Assembly: GCF_001194135.2 (NCBI RefSeq)
Contig: NC_068998.1
Location: 27,199,532 to 27,252,071 of the forward strand
From: Octopus bimaculoides
Lineage: Eukaryota
Reading direction: 5' to 3'
DNA length: 52,540 bases
Part shown: positions 45,927-52,540 of the stretch, one piece after another
Layout: each line of letters opens with the position of its first letter
How positions within the stretch are numbered: the stretch's first letter is position 1
The notes under the pieces: generated by a model
Told to the model about the DNA's origin: nothing
Databases searched by the model: none
What the model saw: only the letters and a program-made list of their open reading frames with translations
Program-made: the position numbers and the translations under genes

Positions 45927-47880
45927 TCTTATATATAAATGACAATTTCCGTTTGTCTGTCTGTTACCATCTTGCTGTCGGTACCAGCGAACCAATTTTC
46001 ACCAAACTTTGCATACATGTTGAACTAACATCCAGTTCAATTATAGGCTAATTGGATTTCAATTAAAATCGATAATGGATCCCCTACGGGAGTTGGGCTA
46101 TTATATGATAAAATGAGAAGAATGCAAAAACTGTTAGGTTGAGGGAAATGTGGTGGTATAATGCGGGTGGCTGATATCAGGGAAGGGGAGGAGACAGAAA
46201 CAGACAGAGACACAGGGAACTGAAACAATAATACTATAAAATAATGTCTTTCATTTTCTTCCATAGAGGAATAACCCCTTGAGGGAAATGTGGTGGCATA
46301 ATGAGGGTGGCTGATATCAGGGAAGGGAAAGATACAGGAAGAGACAGAGAATGTGAGAAACAGAGAATGTGAGAAACAGAGACGAGAGACAGAGACAGAG
46401 TGGGAGAGAGAGAACATGTGTACTGAAGGGAAGAGTGAATTTTAATACTTTATTCTTTCGTTTTTACCTATCACTTAACGCTTACGCTTTTGTGAATTAA
46501 CTATCGTATTCTCAGTAAAAACCTTTACATTATGTCCAACAACAGATGTTAAACTAACAAGTGAAAGGTAAAGTGCTTTTACATTTGTTTTCAAATCACC
46601 GTATTAAGATTTATTAAAAGTTTACCAACGTACTGAAGCAATAACACTATGTATAATGTCTTTCATTTTCTTCCATAGATGAATAGGCCGTCGTTGTCGG
46701 GCAATTTTTACAATAGAATGTCATATAATTTTGGTTTATTCCATGTCAGACCATGCCTTCCTCGACAGATAGGTCTTTTGATCAGGACATATTTGTGCAA
46801 TTTTTCGCAAAAAAATTTCCTTAACGATCTTTTTCCTTTTCTAATAATTTACATGTTTGTTCAAACGTTTCCAATGACTTTATTCATTAAAACTTCAGAA
46901 GTTCTTACAACTTTGGTCGTTGTAATGCTTTGCTTTCCTTTGTTTAATTCATCGGAATGATTTTGCTTTCATTTTGTGATAGACAGCTATCATTCAGAAA
47001 ATACCAGTTTCGAAATCCTGTTTTCTGATTAGGTAAAATCGATTAAACTTTAAACCCCAGTATCAGGAAGGAGAGGAGACGAGAAGTGACAGAGAGACAG
47101 AGAATGTGAGAGACAGACAGAGGGAACGAGAGACAGGTACAGAGCGGGAGATAGAGAATGTGCTTACTGAAGGGAAGAGCGAATTTTAGTATTTTGTTTT
47201 TTTAATTTTTACCTAATGCATGCCTCTCACCTCACAACTTGCACCTCAAGATTGGCGCACCAGTGATGCTTTTAAGAAACCTAGACTCACCTAAGCTTTG
47301 CAATGGACTAACAATCAACAAGATGATGCCAAGTATCTTAGAGGCGACCATTCTCACTGGCAAAGCAAGTGGTAAGGTTGCCTTCATACCACGAATTCCG
47401 CTGATTCCCTTTGACATGTTATTTGAGTTCAAACGACTGCCATTTCCTGTAAAACTGAGTTTTGCAATGACCATAAACAAGGCCCAGGGGCAGTCCTTGG
47501 AGGTAGTGGGCCTAAACCTTGCAGAACCTGTTTCTTCCCATGGTAAACTGTATGTACGATGCTCAAGAGTCAATCCAAATCATTTGTTTATTTATGCTCC
47601 AGAGGGCAAGACCAAAAATGTATATCAAAAGGCTCTGCAAAATTGATAATAATCAACCATCAATCGTTTCATAGTCGCACATCGTCAGTCCTCTCATCCT
47701 TCCAGCCACCCACCAACTTTGATATTACCTTAGCATTACAATGAATCACTTTTATGATTCAAGTGTATTACTTGCCAGTATTTGTAAATCTATTTGTAAT
47801 TTAAACGGGAACTGAACAGGGAATGGGATAGGACATGAAACAGTGTAACGGGAACTGGAAATAATCCCCTCTTCAGCTAG
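45927..47880 (+). mobile_element. Helitron, internal-deletion derivative (~1.95 kb)
   Basis: 5' TC(TTATATATAAA..) after A at 45926; 3' CTAG at 47877-47880 before T; weak GGGA..TCCC hairpin at 47850-47868; contains a helicase C-terminus. Confidence 0.85.
47239..47646 (+). pseudogene. Helitron Rep/Hel PIF1-family helicase, C-terminal fragment
   Basis: LKIGAPVMLLRNLDSPKLCNG..FIPRIPLIP..FEFKRLPFPVKLSFAMTINKAQGQSL..VGLNL..SHGKLYVRCSRV. Confidence 0.93.
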
Positions 47881-48340
47881 TATGATATATACAGTAGCTG
47901 AGCCTTTTGCTCTGCATCACTTGTCTGCTGACTTTTCCGTTCCCACAAAGAAGTATAACTCTAATATAATCATGTAATCTTAGGGAGATATTAGGTTCTA
48001 GATTTCTAGTAGATCCCACCTGGTCACATGTTGCACAGGCCACCCCATACTCAATAACTACTCATGCTGTGCAACAAAAGTGCGACGAGCCCTGGGTCCA
48101 CATCGATACCAATATCTCAAGCTGTAATCTTTGTATTTATCCCGCTCATGTACTGCGGCAGTTTCCCATTGTTGAAGATGTACATAACGCACGACCTCTG
48201 TCTGTTTTCTTGCCTCATCTTCGGTTTCAAATAACAGACACATTCTTCCTTATACCCTATTTTATCAATGGAGCACATATCCTAATACACATCGACCAAG
48301 GTTTACCGACTCTTCTTTCGCTAGTCTATAGAACCCTCTC
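47881..48340 (-). mobile_element. Degraded non-LTR ORF1-like remnant split by the Helitron (continues below 45926)
   Basis: LFETEDEARK, LPQYM..TKIT..DIGIDVD. Removing the Helitron restores in-frame KRLSYCIYHIKGHLRVFC, a decayed CCHC knuckle. Confidence 0.45.
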
Positions 48341-49624
48341 TACATTATTTTTCTGAAGAAAAAATAAATAAACGAAAAAAAGAGGTGTGTGATTTCCTTC
48401 CTTGCTCTTTCTTCGGTAAATTCTTTGAGAAAATAGACAGCTCTTCCACATTCTTTTTCTCTTAGGTAAATTCTTTGAGAAAGGAGATACACTTACCTCC
48501 TTGCTCGTTTTAGGGAAATTTCTTTGGATAAGAAGTCACCTCAGCCACACTATGTATCTGTACCATGTCGATATGTAGAATAGAATTTGAACCTTTTAAA
48601 AACCGTTCCCAAACACCAAGTATAAAACCTGAATCATAACTTTACATCATCTTGTTGGGACTGATCCTACGTTTTGGTGTTGTCATTAACGACAGAAGCA
48701 GTACTAATACCAAAAGACCCTCTTTATATCCAACTTAATGTGAATGTATTTCCAGGACTTGACTCATTTAATATCTCACGTTTACTCGAAACACTAGCAA
48801 AAGATGAGTCATTCTTGATGTTTTGTTGTTGTTTAGAATGTTTTGTCATTTAAGTTCAAGTTGTTTGGAAGAAGGTGCTTTTTCATATTGTAACTACAAA
48901 TGTTTGTTCAAAATTGTGTCTGTGTAATTGTTATGTTGTCTGGAACTAAGATTATAACCTGCCATTGTATCTCGAAAAATTGTGGAATGGCTTATTGATT
49001 ACAGTTGCCATTGTTGTAGCATCTCCTTCCACTATCACAGAAGGGACCATTTTGAAATGACACGATTAGAACATGTCTAAAATATATGTAACGGGGTGGA
49101 TATTTAAATATTCCGATGCCCATAATTGATAAAACGAACAAAAATCAGTTTTTCATTCGGTATGCTGAGGGGGGTAGAAATTACTTTCTAAACGAGAACT
49201 CTGTTGAGAAGAAGAAGAAGAAGAAGTCACGTAAGGCTAATCAAGAAACCTCACAGATTTTGGAGTACCCTAACCACCAAGGGTCAGTCCTCTTCAGCTA
49301 ACAGTCTTCAACCTACACTCCAGATGCTATCATTTCTCTGCTCAACATTCCAAATGCCAGGAACTCATACTTGATCTTCAGTTGACCCAAAACTTATAGC
49401 TCTGTGAAAGAAACGAAATGTGGGAGATGCTCTCAAAAAAAAAAAGACAACCCTCAACACCGGTTCCCCGCCCAGGCATCTCAATAAATACCACAGCCTT
49501 AATGCATGCGTGCATGTTATCAGCCACTTCATACCGAGCCCAATGCAGTGAAAGTCTTGACATCAAATGAACGAGATAACAAAGGTGTAACGGGGATTAT
49601 AGTCAGTTACATCTATTACATCGA

Positions 49625-49925
49625 TTTTGCCGAACCGCTACATTACAAGAAAATAATCACACCAACATTAGTTGTCAAGCGGTGTATGTGTATGTGGGAG
49701 TGGGGGGACAAATGTAGACACAAAGACACACACACATATACACAATTACATACCCCCCCACACACACACACACAACGGGCTTATTTCAGTTTCCGTCGAC
49801 CAAATTCATTCAAAAGGCTTTGGTCGGCCCAAGGCAATAGTAAAAGACACTTGCTCGATGTGCCACGCGGTGGGACTGACCCCAAAACCAAGTAGTTGGG
49901 AAGTAAACTTCTTGTCATAGCCACA
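49625..49925 (-). mobile_element. SINE family A, 3'-truncated
   Basis: ttttgccgaaccgcta..gttgtcaagcgg..tcagtttccgtcgaccaaat..gtgccacgcggtgggactgacc. Confidence 0.75.
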
Positions 49926-50122
49926 ATTCAAACTAAACAAAAAATACGTATGTAGTCATTCGTCACTTTACAATGGCTTCAATTGATACAGGTCACCAAA
50001 GACATTCAGGTATTGTTTTTTCTTGTCAAGCATCTTTTGTAACAATGTTACTGCTTCGCTGAAATGTTGATTTGTTTTCATTTTCTGCACCTAGAAAGTT
50101 TGTGACATTATTTGCTTTGTTT

Positions 50123-50340
50123 AAGGCGGTGAGCTGGCAGAAACGTTAGCACGCCGGGCGAAATGCTTAGCGGTATTTCCTCTGACCTTACGTTCTGAGG
50201 TCAAATTCTGCTGAGGTCGACTTTGCCTTTCATCCTTTCGCGCTCGACAAATTAAGTACCAGTTGCGTACTCGGTCGATCTCATCGACCGGCTCCCTCCC
50301 CCAAAATTTCGGGCCTTCTGCCTAAAGTAGAAACGATTAT
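50123..50340 (+). mobile_element. SINE family B, full length, with 16-bp TSD
   Basis: aaggcggtgagctggcagaaacgttagcacgccgggcg..; ATTATTTGCTTTGTTT at 50107-50122 and 50336-50351. Confidence 0.92.
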
Positions 50341-50679
50341 TTGCTTTGTTTATTCATTTTATTTATTTTATTTTTTTTTGTTTGGTGACTTGTCTTGCTC
50401 TGTTCAATTTATTTTTCCATAGCTGGTGGGAGTGGTTTCCGTTTAAAGGTGGGTCATTGCTGACATCATATTACATAGTGAAAGAAAAATGGAAATATAT
50501 TCAAAAAAATCTTATCTATTACAGAACAGACTTCTAAATAGATTAATAAAAATATCTGTACAGAATAAAATCCAAAATAAATCTTGTTTATGTCTATTAC
50601 ACTTGGAATGTATACACAATTCTCAGAGAAAATTCAAGCACACCCGAATAAGTCAGCAATCAAAAGATAAATAAATAAT

Positions 50680-51435
50680 AGAAAAGGAAGTGTGAAAGAC
50701 GATTAAAAAGATACCAGATTGGGAAACTCCTGGATCTGACGGTGTTCAGAAATTCTGACTTGAAAACTTCACAGGTATGCACAGTTTCTTACTGACTGCA
50801 TAGAAAATGGAACACCAACATAGATGACAAAAGAAAGGAAGTGTTAATACAAAAAAGGGAGAGGAGGAGTCAGAAATTATAGGCCTATTGCAAGTTCACC
50901 ATTATTCTGGAAAATACAAACTGACATCAGATAAAGTGTTTGTCTTCCTGGAAAAGGATAATTTATTGCCAGAAAAGCAAAAAGGATGAAGAAAGAAGTC
51001 AAAGGGATTTATTTGATAGCTGATACTTAGTAAAGTACAAATAAGAAAGAACTAAACTGTTGACTGGATAAACGACAAATATGCGATAATATACCTCACA
51101 CTAATGGCTTTTGGCGTATCTGAGAACATGTAGACTTAATCAAAAGATTAACAGTTTTGTTTCGTCTTTTTTTGTTTGTTTGTTTTTTTTGGGGGGGGGA
51201 TTACGTTTTTTTTTTAGAAAAAACAACGAGATCGTGGTGAGAATTTAAGAACGAAAGTAAATCACTAAGAAATATGAAAAATCGAAGGGCAATATTTCAA
51301 GAAAACTCGCTCTTTTCACTACCTCTCATGATTGCATTGGTTCGTCTGACAAATATACTGAGAAAATACAGACCTGATTACCAATTTGCTAAGACCAAGG
51401 TGAAAATAAATCATCTGATATGTATAGACAAACCA
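50680..51435 (+). mobile_element. R4/Dong-like reverse transcriptase remnant, heavily decayed
   Basis: IKKIPDWETPGSDGVQ, NYRPIASSPLFWKI, LEKDNLLPEKQKG, RRAIFQENSL and LTNILRK..KINHLICID appear in RT motif order across frameshifts. Confidence 0.7.
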
Positions 51436-51739
51436 TGTGTGGGGGGTGCATGAGTGTGGGGGGGGGCGTAGAAGATCGATTTCCTCTGCTTTGCTGAGGT
51501 CTCGAAACCCAGTCCGCACACCTGTTGCTTGTCAGGCGAATGTCTGATCCTTTGTGTTTGATCTCTATGTTGGGAGATGAATAAGAAACACCAAACCTCC
51601 GAAGACCTTCGGTAGTCATGGAAAGGTCAATCTATTGTTTTAGATTTGACTTACTTCCCAATCGAACCTTATATAACTGATTGAAAGGTTCATTTCTCCC
51701 TGTTTAGTTTTCAACAAGCTGAGAGCATCTCTCTCTCTT

Positions 51740-51798
<59 letters not shown>

Positions 51799-51827
51799 AA
51801 CACACACACACACACACNNNNNNNNNN

Positions 51828-51878
<51 letters not shown>

Positions 51879-51960
51879 CCTCTCTCTCTCTCGTAGGTTT
51901 TCATTCGTCTAACTGGGGACACAGCATCGACAGAATGGAAGGGGACAACGCAATTCTTAC

Positions 51961-52100
51961 CCTTTCTTCCTCTCTGTCAGCGGACTGTAACTTGGCTTCC
52001 ACACACAGCTTCCAACACACATTAAGAGTGAGCGCGCTTGCAACACCCTATCATTGTTACTGCAATTACTATGTCTATAACCACTGCCGGCAAATAAATC
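51961..52100 (-). other. Candidate non-coding first exon of a minus-strand gene
   Basis: AGG/GTAAGA donor at 51960; CpG-richer unique DNA upstream; a second GTAAGT donor at 51654. The 5' boundary is arbitrary. Confidence 0.25.
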
Positions 52101-52344
52101 TGTGAATATTATTCTTTTCTTTTTGACGTTGTTATTACGCTGTTTCATCCTATTTTCGAACATCTACATATAGCGACCCGACGAGGAACAAGAGTCACTA
52201 TTTCTACATCAAGTAACTTTTCATCCGTTTGTTACAATTGGTGACTCTGACGTGAGAATTCCACATCCATACATTTAGCGATCCCATCCATTACACACAT
52301 ACACCCTCTCTCTCACACACGCACACACACACAGGCACACACAC

Positions 52345-52488
52345 ATATATATATATATATATAATATATATATTTATATATATATGTATATACGTGTATA
52401 TATATGTGTGTGTATATGCACATATATATATATGTATATACATACATATATATACGCATATATATATGTATATATATACATATATATA

Positions 52489-52540
<52 letters not shown>
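52345..52540. repeat. (TA)n-rich compound microsatellite running to the window end
   Basis: Direct reading. Many other (TA)n, (CA)n, (GA)n, (GAT)n and (AGT)n tracts occur throughout, e.g. 33166-33206 and 51729-51890. Confidence 0.97.

Noticed and set aside
49080-49302. Possible second Helitron 3' end (..gtcctcttcagctaac, similar to ..cccctcttcagctag at 47880)
   Set aside because: It ends CTAA rather than CTAG, with no matching 5' TC terminus or hairpin identified.
50123-50210. tRNA-like A and B boxes
   Set aside because: No cloverleaf or acceptor stem; this is a SINE head, not a tRNA gene.
51490-51515. GCTGAGGTCTCGAAAC, resembling a hammerhead core
   Set aside because: It lacks a CUGANGA box and has only a 3-bp stem with no stem III partner.

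Overview
AT-rich, microsatellite-saturated eukaryotic genomic DNA from a gapped draft assembly. The repeat families point to a coleoid cephalopod, most likely Octopus (inference, not verified). No complete host gene, rRNA, tRNA or CRISPR array is supportable. The window is dominated by two tRNA-headed SINE families (>30 copies or fragments). It also holds remnants of several non-LTR clades (CR1/L2-like, RTE, R4/Dong-like, HERO-like, ORF1 CCHC knuckles), a Penelope-type repeat with a degenerate hammerhead, a Helitron deletion derivative, and hAT-, piggyBac-, Merlin- and HINE-like non-autonomous elements. A near-complete 1.23 kb Tc1-like transposon has a DD36E catalytic triad (Incomer-type). Scattered splice signals suggest the window may lie within introns of a minus-strand gene, but the product cannot be identified. 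The main points of interest are the DD36E element, SINE-borne microsatellites that appear to serve as landing pads for RTE and R4/Dong LINEs, a SINE tail that matches an RTE 3' end in the same window, closely spaced inverted SINE pairs (candidate ADAR substrates) and a Helitron that splits a zinc knuckle. Repeat boundaries were read by eye and are approximate unless a TIR or TSD fixes them.
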